A DNA stretch of 64,000 bases from Tubulanus polymorphus. Taxonomy: Eukaryota; Animalia; Nemertea. Below, piece after piece: positions 50,202-61,600 of the stretch. The stretch's first letter is position 1; each line of letters begins with the position of its first letter. A program made the position numbers and the translations under genes. The stretch is from contig NC_134031.1 of NCBI RefSeq assembly GCF_964204645.1, positions 15,239,807-15,303,806 on the forward strand, read 5' to 3'. The notes beneath the pieces are model-generated. The model had not been told where the DNA came from and ran no database searches. It saw only the letters and a list, made by a program, of their open reading frames with translations.

Positions 50202-53200
50202 TTAGAAATTGAAAAAGAATTTAATTTGCATCGTGAAAATCGTTACCAATGACGACGAAATAGAAAGATAAAATTCGGTGTTCAAGGCAGACGCGGAATT
50301 ACAACCATCAGCTTGACAACAGTACAACGACTCGTTTTTACCATTTCTAACAACCTTCAAATCATCACACATCTTGTGACATCCTCTCATCCAAGCTGTA
50401 CCTCCGGTACCGTCGACGTGCGTGTGGATACATTTCTATGAATAATAGCAACAGGTTATTTCAGAGGAGAGGGAAGTTGAAGTAAGGTGAGGGGATCTCC
50501 TCTTGACATACCGTACAATATCCGTTTTCTATCTCGCACTTTTTCAGAACCATTTTCGGATCTTTAGTTCCGAATTTCATGTCGAATTTGTCCTCGCAGT
50601 TTTGCTGGTAGGTGTGGCCCTTGTAGGTGCCGTATCCGATAGTGTTATTACCCGAACATTCAAAGCACCATAAACTCATTACATCTGTAATTAGAGAAAA
50701 ATATGTTCATCAACTGGGTTCAAATCGATCGGACATGCTTCAACCATGATTCGTAGCGGTCAGGCTTAAAGCGAAAGTAATGATTTTCGGCACTTTAGCG
50801 GCAAAGTTCACCCAGTCCTGAGAGTGGCCGGTTCGCGACACTCCGTATACTGCGCGATTAACAGATTACAGTTTTTATATTAATCTACATCTCTGCTACG
50901 AGCTCCTGTGCGTAAGGCTTAGTGTACCCTGCTCATCCGACCGATGTCAAACGGATCGCTAACGGCCTGTACACTAGGCCTACTTCTTTTTAACCAAAAT
51001 CAAGACTCTGATAAAGTATGGAATCATTTCTATCAAAAAGTGGCTTTATTATATCTATATTAAAATAATAATCTCATTGAATGATGATATTAATGGAATT
51101 GATGATTGAAACTGTTACATTCGGCCGCCACAGTCAAACCTTAACCGTCTAGTGCTGCTCCCGTGTTAAACGATAGCGGAGAAAATGTGAACTAACATAA
51201 AAGTCGCTCGCCAGAGTCTTTTTGTCGTATAGTGCGGACCGGATTTCGAAAAATTTCTCAAACTTTTAAAAAACCACTAAAATTAATCAACTAGCAATTT
51301 TCCTATAAAAAAAAAACAGTTTTAAACAAGAAAATTTGTATTGTAGTATTTGTATTTTATACTTGAGGAGGGGGTGACGGGTGTTTCTATTCTATAGCCA
51401 TTCCCATAGAAGGAAATAATGGAGGTTTATTCAATGTTCCGAATATTCATTTAGAAATATCAATGAATGTAAGTGAAATCCTAAAACAAATTACTACAGA
51501 TCGTGAGCAGTGGACAAATGAAGTACACAACATCTTGGCGCTGCGGCGCTTGCTAATGTAACCGATGAATGATGATAATAGATGTAATCTATTTTACTAA
51601 CTAATTGATTAGAAACTGAACTTTTGCTAAAATACCGTAGTTACCTAACAAAAATTGAAAATTGGACGGATTCGTAGCATTTTAGTTAATGAGAATTAAG
51701 CGCCACAGTCCGTACTGTAAGAAAATCTGTACGTAAAAAAATCTAAAACGCATTTGTTTGAATAGTGCGAACAAACGCGACAGAACGAAAAGTCGGTTTG
51801 AGTCAGCTACCGGCGGAAATTCGTTTTGACTCTGTGACTTTTCCTAAATGGCGGAATAAGCAAATTTCCGTTGGTAGCTGACTCATCAAACCGACTATGG
51901 CTAACCGTTTTGGGACGCAAAGAACCGATATAAACCGGCTTCCACAAACTTCTAACAAAGTGCGCCTCGCCTCCGCGTTCCGGCGCCGAACGGATTCGCA
52001 ACAACCCGTTTAGATTTACCATGGACCTACAAACTAGATAGTTTATACGTCCATGGGTTTACCGGTTTATCAATAACCGGTTGGATAAACCGGTATGAAC
52101 AAAGACGATTTCCCTAGAAACGGCGATCGAGTGGTTAACGCGCGATGAGAGGTCCTGGGTTCGACGCTATAGGTTTGTCAGAAAGAATTTATTTTTTACG
52201 ATCGATTTTGAAAGAACTCCATTGGCAGTACGTATACGGTAGACTTTCGCTCATGTCGGATCTTTTGGGGCCGTAAGAATCAGCGCCGTCGGAAGGAATT
52301 TCAGTGGCGAGGCTTATTTCTGAAGGGGGGTCTGGGGCCCTCCCCTAGAAAAATTTTGATAATTCAATCGCCGGAGATGCGTTTTGGGGCCATTTCATGG
52401 TCTCATTCATAGAAACATGAGAAGTCGTAAGCCAACCACCTAGTACAGAGAACGACGAGCTGCTACGCGGTACAGCGTGCTTCGAAAAAATTTTAAGCAA
52501 AAAAGTGGGGCGGCTTTGGCCGACCCTGCCGCCCCTGTTCCGACGGCCCTGAGAATGTGTTCGACTTGAGGGTGTATCCGAGTTGGATCACGATTGATAA
52601 ATCTATTTGAGCGTGCATCTGCATGTTTCTACGTTAATTTTCCGTTAGTTAGTATCATCTCTGATTACTTGAATTAGTCTCTTTCTCTCATAATTTCTGT
52701 TGTATTTCATTATTCCTGAAGATACCTATTGGGATATAGTCGAAACGTTGAATAAACTACGTACTATAGCTTCAGTTACATTTTCGGACTGTTTTTCGTC
52801 ATTATTGTAGGATTCTCTCTACATCCGAGTTGGATATGTGTGTAACGTCACTCGTTTCGATGTACTTCCCGAATCAGATCAAACCATTAGAATCCAAGTA
52901 AGAGTCAGCATTTAGAATGTATCGTTTAATATTTCAGCATTTTAAAAATCTTTTCTGCTGCAGCTTTCAAAGGATATCTAGCTAGTTCTCCACCAGAGAG
53001 CTTGTTCTGAACTCTCAGAAAAGAACAGGGGCGGGTCTAGGGGTAAATCTGAGGGTCTTCTCAGAATTCTAGGGGCATACCGAAAAGAAAAGGGCACTGA
53101 TAACACACCGAGCGCAGCACGCGAGGCTAACACTGCTTCAGCGCGAAGCCCTTCCGGGGGGTCTGAAGCCCCCTCCAAGAAAATTTTGAGATTCCAGCAC

Positions 53201-56124
53201 CGATTTGAAGCCATTTCCTGCATTTTGAGTCATGAAATTGTTTTGCGAGCCTTTAAGACCCCCTAGATCCACGCCTGGAGAGCTTGTTCTGAACTCAAAC
53301 ATTCAAAATTATTCATAGCCCTGCTAAAGCTCAGTTAAAGCCTAGGCCTACAAAAGCTCATTAACCAACACTGCCAAGCTCTCTCCCAAGCTCTGCCATA
53401 AACAGCTCTGGTTTTACTTTCAAAATGCGGGCCTATTTATATCGATCTATCATCCGGGTGGAGGATCATATTTAGATTTTGGTAATTTCAACTAAACTAA
53501 ACTGTGGACATTCTAGTTGGGTGTTGGCCAATAGAATCGGAATTCTATAAACAATAGAATTTATAAATATGAATTATTTCAACACAACCATGGATGAAAA
53601 TTAATATTCTATGTGCATATAATGTGACTATGACCGCATCGTTACATATAGCGTCACAAAAATATCTTTAAAAAACTCGTTTAACAGTTCAACTCTTGAG
53701 TTGAACTGTTATGAAATGAGTAAATTTAGCAACATAGAGACGTGTTTGTAGCAATATTACTATAAACTTTCCTAATTAATATCTGTCCTAATAACACTGA
53801 TTGTTGTTGAGTGACCGTTGGTGACTGTTTGGACAGGTATCATCACTGCAGTTTCTACACCTGTGTCCTGACATATTGTCTGAGACAACCAACTCAAAAC
53901 TCAACCAGGGGTATAGATATAGGGGGTTTAGTTTAGGGAGAGCTTAGTTTTGAGTAGCAAGTCGGAGTCGGGGTGAGGCTCAACAGTTGTATTCGAAGCT
54001 CCTGAAGTTTAGATAAATCTAAGGTCCGACTATAGTCGGAGCTCGAGGATCGTATATGTCGAAAAATGCAGATTGTCTATTAATTGAGGAGTTACTCTTT
54101 AATATAATCTGGATGATTTTGATGAAGTTATCGACGTAACGGATCAGACGGATAAGTAGGCTGAGTAGACCATACCATATTTCTCTGATTACGATCAGAA
54201 CGGTTATCCGAGTTGATCAGATCCAATTTAGGCGAAGTATCTGTATCTAGTTACACACGTGCGTATAGAGAATCACGATTGATAGAACACTAATCCGTGT
54301 TGACGCGATGTAGAGAGAATCCCACAATTATAACGAAAAAGTCCGAAAATGAAACTTCGAGATAGTAGTTAATTTCAACGTTTCGCTATATCCTAATAGT
54401 CATCTTCAGGAATTCCTTCCTGAAGATGACTATTAGGATATAGTCGTGGGTGGGGTCCAGGGAAGTGAAAGGTTCTTAAAAGGTTCTTCTCTGACCTCTC
54501 CCCCCTCCGTTGGGAAAAATGAACATCGAGCCCACTTATAATGCCCTGCGTGGCGCTTAGCGGACTGAGGGTGTTTAGAAAAAAAGGGAAGTGAAAAGTG
54601 ACCATATAAGTTATTGCTGTAACGACATAGCCTTTTTATATGGCCGACAACCGTGAGGGGGTACTCGACAATAAAGAAACGTTTTGAAATTTTGAGGAGA
54701 ATTTGGCGAGATTTCCACGAAGTTCAATAATGAAATCCATATGAAACTAATTATAAAAATACACACTACCACAACTACAATCCCATCGTTGTATATTCAT
54801 CATGAGGAAATACCACCTCTTTTTGTTTTATATTCACCATAATTGAAAAAATGTCATTTAGGATTTCTTTATGGGGACCTTCAAATTTAGGGGAGGGGAC
54901 TCTCTAGGCCCCCTCAAAATCCACCCCTGAAGTTTCGATCTCCTGGACCGCCATGGCAGTTGCTTGTTATTTTTTCTTCAAATTATCGTTCGTGGCTCTT
55001 TCCTGTCTCTCCCACAGATCTAGACGTTCGTCGATATGTCAAGCTTTACTCCGGGTCCTCATCGAACCCTCGACATCGCGTGAAACATTACCGATAACGA
55101 CAACGAAGAACCCTCGTTATGGACGACGGAGTGCGAGAGAAATCCACCGCGATGCTTTCCCACACCCCGGTGTTCGACAAAACACAGGAAACAAGCGCCG
55201 CCCAACGTAAAATGCGTAACGCCTATATATAATTCTAGAAAATTCTGTGGAATTTACATAAATTCTGAGAAAGACTTGTCAATTGAAGTTATTTTCTCTC
55301 GTCGGTTTAGCAATTTCCGGAGCAATTTCAAAGGATTCGAGGTATGGATTTAACGGTTGGTGATAATTTGAAAAAGCTGACCGATCCTTTTGTTCTGTTA
55401 TTGAAGTGTATACATTTTTCAGTATCTCTTCAAAAACGCCGAATAGAAAAAAGTTTTTTTTAGCCTAAAGTCGTTCCGTGAAATGAGATGAAATCTAAGA
55501 ATTGTGAGTAGCGGTAATGTAGCACGGTAAATGAATAAGGTCATTCTTTAGAAATATCGTGTTTATGCCTTCCTTCCGATTCGGTGTTTCTCCCACACAC
55601 AGTGGCTGTTGTAATCCGCAGGCCCATGCAGCATCCTCCGCGCGGCCCGGTGTCCAGTTTCAAAAACAATTCGTTAGATTTATTTCTAGTTTGATATATT
55701 GTTATTTTTGCAAGAATTCGTTGATATTCATGTAGTTCACAAAGGTTATATCACTGTATTATTTGTACACGTTGAGAAACAACAAGCAGCGCTATAGCAG
55801 ACGCCAACGAGCAAATTAACAACCAAACTGGTAAAAAGCAATTGGTAATAAGCAATTGGCAATTGGCAATTGGCACGGTGGTCCAGGAAATCCGAGTTTC
55901 GTAATGTATCTTTTTTAAGGTACCGGGTCTCAAATTGTCTTTGAATTAAGACCAAGAGTTTATCGAATAAGGTAAAGAAGTAAAGTGAAGTAACCCCGAG
56001 GTTTCGACTGCACCCTCCCTGACGACGAAGTCCCCGAGTGCTGCCCCCTAACGACGGGGGCTGTACTGTCCTTACCTTGTACAAGCATCAATAGCAAGCA
56101 CGCGTATTGCACAAATGACGTCAT
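50202..56124 (-). CDS. GPI-anchored Ly6/uPAR three-finger protein (quiver/sleepless-like)
   Basis: Signal-peptide exon 56076-56124 (MTSFVQYACLLLMLVQ, phase-1 AAG|gtaagg), exon 50512-50684 (DVMS-LWCFEC...NCEDKF...C..ENGYCT) and exon 50202-50435 (KC...RGC..MC...YCCQADGCN plus hydrophobic GPI tail). The link to the signal exon across a 5.4-kb intron is inferred from phase and a clean VMS-L cleavage site. Confidence 0.85.
52710..52755 (+). ncRNA. Minimal type I hammerhead ribozyme motif (Penelope-element type)
   Basis: TTATTC-CTGAAGA-(stem II ..CTAT..ATAG..)-GAAAC-GTT-GAATAA: catalytic core boxes, 6-bp stem I and palindromic AACGTT in place of stem III. Confidence 0.65.
53027..53277. mobile_element. 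Second copy of the AGGGGCGG.TCTAGGGG...CCCCTAGATCCACGCCTG element
   Basis: Inverted termini; the 19-mer GAGAGCTTGTTCTGAACTC is duplicated on both sides. Confidence 0.55.
54371..54446. ncRNA. Inverted pair of hammerhead motifs (same family as 52710)
   Basis: Minus copy TTC-CTGAAGA-TGACTATTAGGATATAGC-GAAAC-GTT-GAA; plus copy truncated before AAAC; together a 27-bp perfect inverted repeat. Confidence 0.6.
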
Positions 56125-56749
56125 CGCCGTTTAAAATCACGAACTACCGCTGGATATAAACAACAGCGCTATTCGAATAATGTGAATCCTCGATTCGGGG
56201 TTAATCCCCAAAATATAAAATATTGTTCAAGGATTCAGGTTAATCCTATAGCTCTGTGGTGCGTGTGTTTTATATTAATCCAGGAGTCGAAGCGTCTGTT
56301 GTTTGCGTGTTGTATAATTATTATTCCTGAGGGATATTTTAATCAAGTCGCCTCTCATTAGTCATGTTTTAATCACACGCGTAATCAACAGTTTATATCA
56401 CTAATGTTTAAATGTGCGTCTCCTAGCTGTCTCCTCTGCCTCTCTCTGTCTCTCTCAAACTGGTCCACTTGGATTTAAACTTTTCATTCGAAGAGTTAAA
56501 CAAACAAATAGCGATTTTATTTGTATCCAAATAATCATCCAGAATAACCGTATTTGACGGCGGCGTATGTGACGCAAAACTAGCTGTATAATGCAGATCT
56601 GGAATAATAATAAAACCTGTTGTACGCATACAGCACAGTTAGTAGTGAGTACTCCCGGATCACTGACTACTCCTCGAACAGCAGCTGTTTCATCAAATAC
56701 AAAATGTAAAATATGAGACACCGACTGGGAATATATTAAACACTCAAAA

Positions 56750-56995
56750 ACTCCCCTCACAACTCCCCTTGACGCCCGAACAACTCCCCTTACACGACTC
56801 ACACGATCCCCTCACAACTCCCCTCACACCTCCCCTCGCAACTCTCACTGACACCACTCACACGATCTCCTCACAACTCCCCTGACAACACTCACGACTC
56901 CCCTCACAACTCCCTACAACGCCCCTGACACATCCCCTGACACCCCTCACAACTTTCCTCACAACTCCCCTGACACCTCCCCTCACAACTCCATA
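56750..56995. repeat. ACAACTCCCCTC repeat
   Basis: Direct reading. Confidence 0.8.
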
Positions 56996-57079
56996 AGGGT
57001 TTTAAAGTTAGTGCGAGATAGTTGTGGTTCGATGAATGACGTTGTGTACGATTGGTTTGTTATTCATTTTCAAATGAAC

Positions 57080-57590
57080 GAGAGCTAGGTTCGGAACCGG
57101 GACGTCTCGGTCTTTCCTCTTCACTATTAGACATGAACCATTACCGTTTCGAACCCGGGACACCCCTGTACATCCTCTATTCAGCATCAGGACCGCTCTG
57201 AATCAATAACGAACCTGCGACACCGGTTCAACTTCGTAAAATATTAATGAGAGTATATCTAGATAGATGGCGCATGCGAAATGTAGTGCAGATCTTTTCA
57301 ATTAATACGGAAATTTGATAGTTCCGCTAAATTCCAATAGATGGCGAACACATGGCCACGAGCAATCTGTGTATATTTAGCATCAGCTAGGACCACTCTG
57401 CTGAATCAGTATCAATTATTACTAGCAGGTTTGATCCTGGGACACCCCTGTACATCATTATTATTCAGCATCAGTACCACGCACTCTGAACCAGTATCAG
57501 TAATTACTTGGTTCGAACCCGGGACACCCGTGTAAGAATCAATGGACTGAGTTCGAATCTAAGACCTCCCGGTTGTCTTCTATTCAGCAT
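57080..57590 (-). repeat. Degenerate tandem repeat containing tRNA T-arm/B-box-like units
   Basis: GGTTCGAACCCGGGACACC-like and TATTCAGCATCAG motifs repeated about 5 times. Confidence 0.45.
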
Positions 57591-58209
57591 ATGGGATAAT
57601 CATGTGATGACACCTGGCTATTCGAAAGTATAAACACCCAAACGACGAAATGTAAATCTTGCATTTTATTTGATATCAATAAAATATTGTCGGTACATGC
57701 AGCATATGAATTAATACACACGGATATAGACACGGTTTAAATTTCATCTACGATTACAGATAGACATGGTTTAAATTCATTTAATCTATCATTATAGACT
57801 TTAGTGCAAATATTCATTAGTGGTTTTAATCTCTTGATTCACAATCAACTCTGGCCTAAATCAATGCTGGTTCTACTTAAACTGGTTTAACCGATGTATT
57901 TGTCAGTAACTACTAAATAAGTCTATTTACAAAATAATCTCTATTAAATCTACATATAAAATATACACAAGACTTTTCATAACAAAATTATCATTTTACA
58001 TAAAACATTCTATAGCAACCATAGTAACGCAAAATATACTCATTTCTTAATTCCAAAAAATTTCGAAAACAAATAGAAAATTTCAATGCACAGAATTCAA
58101 TGTATAAGTTTTACAAGATTTTGGTCCCAGTTTTTCAAGGTTTTGGTCCCCCCAGTCTCTTAAAGGAATGTAATTATCTTTTACTGGGGAATTCACAAAT
58201 TTATCCCGC

Positions 58210-58665
58210 AGGCATTAAACCACATCACCAACTGACTGGTTAAACCAAATCACCAACTGACCGGTTAAACCAAATCACCGACTTACTGGTTAAATAAGAT
58301 CGCCAACTGACTGGTTAAACCACATCGCCGACTAACTGGTCAAATAAGATCGCCGACTGACCAATTAAACCAAATCACCGACTAACTGGTTAAATAAGAT
58401 CGCCGACTGACTGGTTTAACCACAATGCGACTGAATGTAAAATCAGATTGCTGGCTAACTTGTTAAACCACAACGCTGACTGACTGGTTAAACCACATCA
58501 TCGACTGACTGGTTAAACCACATCCCCAACTGACTGGTTAAACCACATCGCCGACTGACTGGTTAAACCACAGCACTGACTGGTTAAACCAGATCATCGA
58601 CTGACTGGTTAAACCCCATTGCCATTTAACTGACAGGTAACATTAGATCCCCTACGGACTGGTTA
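58210..58665. repeat. ~25-bp ACTGACTGGTTAAACCACATCGCCG minisatellite in the adaptor gene 3' UTR
   Basis: Begins at the stop codon and extends about 450 bp downstream. Confidence 0.9.
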
Positions 58666-61600
58666 GATGAGATCGCCGACGGACTGAGCTCGTTTAGTGA
58701 TTCCCTCCGCTGGTGAATTTAACTGATTGTCATTCAGTGTATGTCTATTGTTGTCTATTGTTGTATCGGCACGGCGACGGATGACCCGTTGTTCGGGTGA
58801 TTTCTGTTTGACGTACGATGCATTATTTTTCGACGGTTTATTTGAGATGATAACCCCGCTGATTTTAACCGAATCTTTTCCATTGTTTTTCTCGTTGCTA
58901 CGGTGATTTTTATTACGTTTTCTCAGCGTGAACAGCGCGGCTAATCTCGATTCGCGTTTTTTCGTTTCGGTCGGTGGGTCGGTCCCGCTGTCCGGACTTG
59001 ATTTTCGACCATTTTTACCCATATCCGGATTCGATTGAGTTTTTAACATTTTTTTCTGTTTCGCCTTTTTTATATCTAAACTCCTGAAATCGTTGATCGA
59101 ATTAATCGTATTTTCGTTTAGTTCCGTGTAAGTGACGTCATCGCCGTCGCTGTGCCGCGGTCCGATACTGTGCCGCGGTCCGTAACTTTCCGGCGATATC
59201 AATCCGGTGAAGGGCATCGGGACCATTTTGTCTTCGTCTATTTTCATGTACGTATTCTCGGAACCTTCGATGCTGACTTTGCGCGATAATCTCAATTGCG
59301 TAGAAGAGCGCCCTCGCGCCGGTTTAGGCGGTACTAATTCCGGACCGACCTCGCAACTCGAAGTTGCGCGGGTATAGTTTGACCGAGCCGCGGTCCGAGT
59401 CGGAGTCTGCGCCGCAGTCCGAGGTTTTATGGATGTTTCAATGTAGTCGGATGTATCTATGTAAGCGGATTCGGGTTCGCCGGCTGCCGGTAACGGCGGT
59501 GGTTGCCGATAGTTACGAGGAGTGGCCACTCCCTCCGATCTGGTCTCGTTCAAAATATCTTCCAAACTTTCGCAGTTATTCGGAGATAATACAATAGGGG
59601 GCGAACGCGTAGTCGATACTTTTCTCGTATCGTTCAACAAATCGAGGTTTTCGCGACTTTTCTGAACGTCTTCCATCGGCAAATACCCGCACTCGTCTGC
59701 GTCGAGAGCGTCGACGTTATTCCGCGGCGACCTTGACCGACGCGTATCCGCGTTGTACCGATACCCGTTGCTAGGGTTTCGATGATGAGCGGTATCTACG
59801 TTCGATTTCGAGCGTTGATAAACTCGAGGCACACGAGGGGTCGACGTGAAAACCTCGTCAGTACAATTCAAATCCTCGTATAGTCTCGTCGCGCCGCCGC
59901 CGCCCCCTGCTGGTGAATCGTTTACCGATTTCGTTTGTCTCGGAGGAAGCGGGCCGCTAGCTCGTCTCCGTGGTAACGGCGGAGGTGGTTCATCGCTGGT
60001 ATTCAATAATGACTTCCTGAAAAACATCATTGATGGTATATTGGCTTAACACCAGGTGGCACTGCACTGTATTCCATTACTTTTTATTATATATTATCAT
60101 TTATTTCTTAATTTTTATTATAAATCATTTATACATAGTTTGGCTGTACTTTAAGTGATGAACCCTGTAAAAACTATTTGAATTTGAATACGTTTAATAC
60201 CGTCGATATTTTGAAAAACCCAACTGTCCAATTGGCTAAATTCATCCAAAATCGTTATCGTAGTCGCATCATACACACTAGGTGGCACTGCTTACCGTTC
60301 TTGTTCCAATTTCTCTTTGACCGATTGTAACAATGCGTGGTCGACATCGGGTGCTGCTGTGGCAACCAGATCAGGTACATTTCTCATTTTAAATTCAGTT
60401 TCTATAAAATCAATATAAGAAGACACAGTGTAAGGGGTAGAGAGGGGAGAGAGGTACAGAGGTTAGTAAGGGAGAGAGGGAGGGAGGTAGAGAGGTTGTA
60501 AGGGAGAGAGGGAGGGAGGTAGAGAGGTTGTAAGGGAGAGAGGGAAGGAGGTAGAGAGGTTGTAAGGGAGAGAGGGAGGCAGAGAGGTTGTAAGGGAGAG
60601 AGGGAGGCAGAGAGGTTGTAAGGGAGAGAGGGAAGGAGGTAGAGAGGTTGTAAGGGAGAGAGGGGGAGGTGGAGAGGTTGTAAGGGAGAGAAGGAGGCAG
60701 AGAAGTTGTAAGGGAGAGAGGGAGGGAGGTAGAGAGGTTGTAAGGGAGAGAGGGAGGGAGGTAGAGAGGTTGTAAGGGAGAGAGGGAGGGAGGTAGAGAG
60801 GTTGTAAGGGAGAGAGGGAGGGAGGTAGAGAGGTTGTAAGGGAGAGGAGGCAGAGAGGTTGTAAGGGAGAGAGGGAGGGAGGTAGAGAGGTTGTAAGGGA
60901 GAGAGGTTTGTCGTACCTTGTTGAAATAGATGATCGTAAAAACCACTGTTACGACTCTGTTCTATCAAACGTGAAGATCGCGGGTTCAAAACTGTTAAAT
61001 TCCTCAAACGGTCGTATTCTTCATTCATCACTGCACCAACATCTACCAACTAGACAACAATAAACACATAGTTACTACCACTAGGGGGCGCTCAGGGAGG
61101 ACAGGCATATACAGAAAATGGAAGGGGACTCGAGTAGAGGGGAGGGGTCTAAGGGATTCCAACACCGGCAGATACAACATTGTCTACGACAACAACCACT
61201 ATACGAGACAAATATAACTGTGCTTACCCCAACAACTTATCCTCTATTCAACTCACTGATAAGCGGTACATTATAGAACAATTCGATATAGTTCTTAATC
61301 TGAGACTAGTAACAGCAGGATTGTTTAAATCTGGGAATAACCTACCTCCGCGACGCTGTGCTCTTGATGTATGAAATGGTCCAACAATCCAAATATTTCG
61401 TTATCTTGATCTCTGCGAGTTCGAAATTCGTAAATCCCTTCTCCGAACGGAGCGCGCCTTCCCGCGATGACCGTGAACGAGCCCTTGCCGCTCGTTTGAT
61501 ACGTACGTATCGATTTCAACGGCCATTGCGCGATCATCGCACGACTCGACTGAAAATATAAACCGGACGTGATCGGCGGGTGCTGTCGCGTAGTGAGTAA

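Noticed and set aside
52118-52170. tRNA-like A and B boxes (also about 26455-26510)
   Set aside because: No cloverleaf or anticodon arm; best explained as decayed SINE heads.
54967-55065. Minus-strand frame with in-frame TGA (possible selenoprotein)
   Set aside because: Further in-frame stops upstream, no redox motif, no SECIS recognised.
54953-55210. Plus-strand ORF with KNPRYGRR resembling an RY-amide neuropeptide precursor
   Set aside because: Single motif, unconvincing signal peptide, no recognisable family, ATG abuts a repeat; may be chance.
60402-61049. 215-aa ORF
   Set aside because: Only the first 44 codons are exon; the rest is read-through into an intronic repeat.
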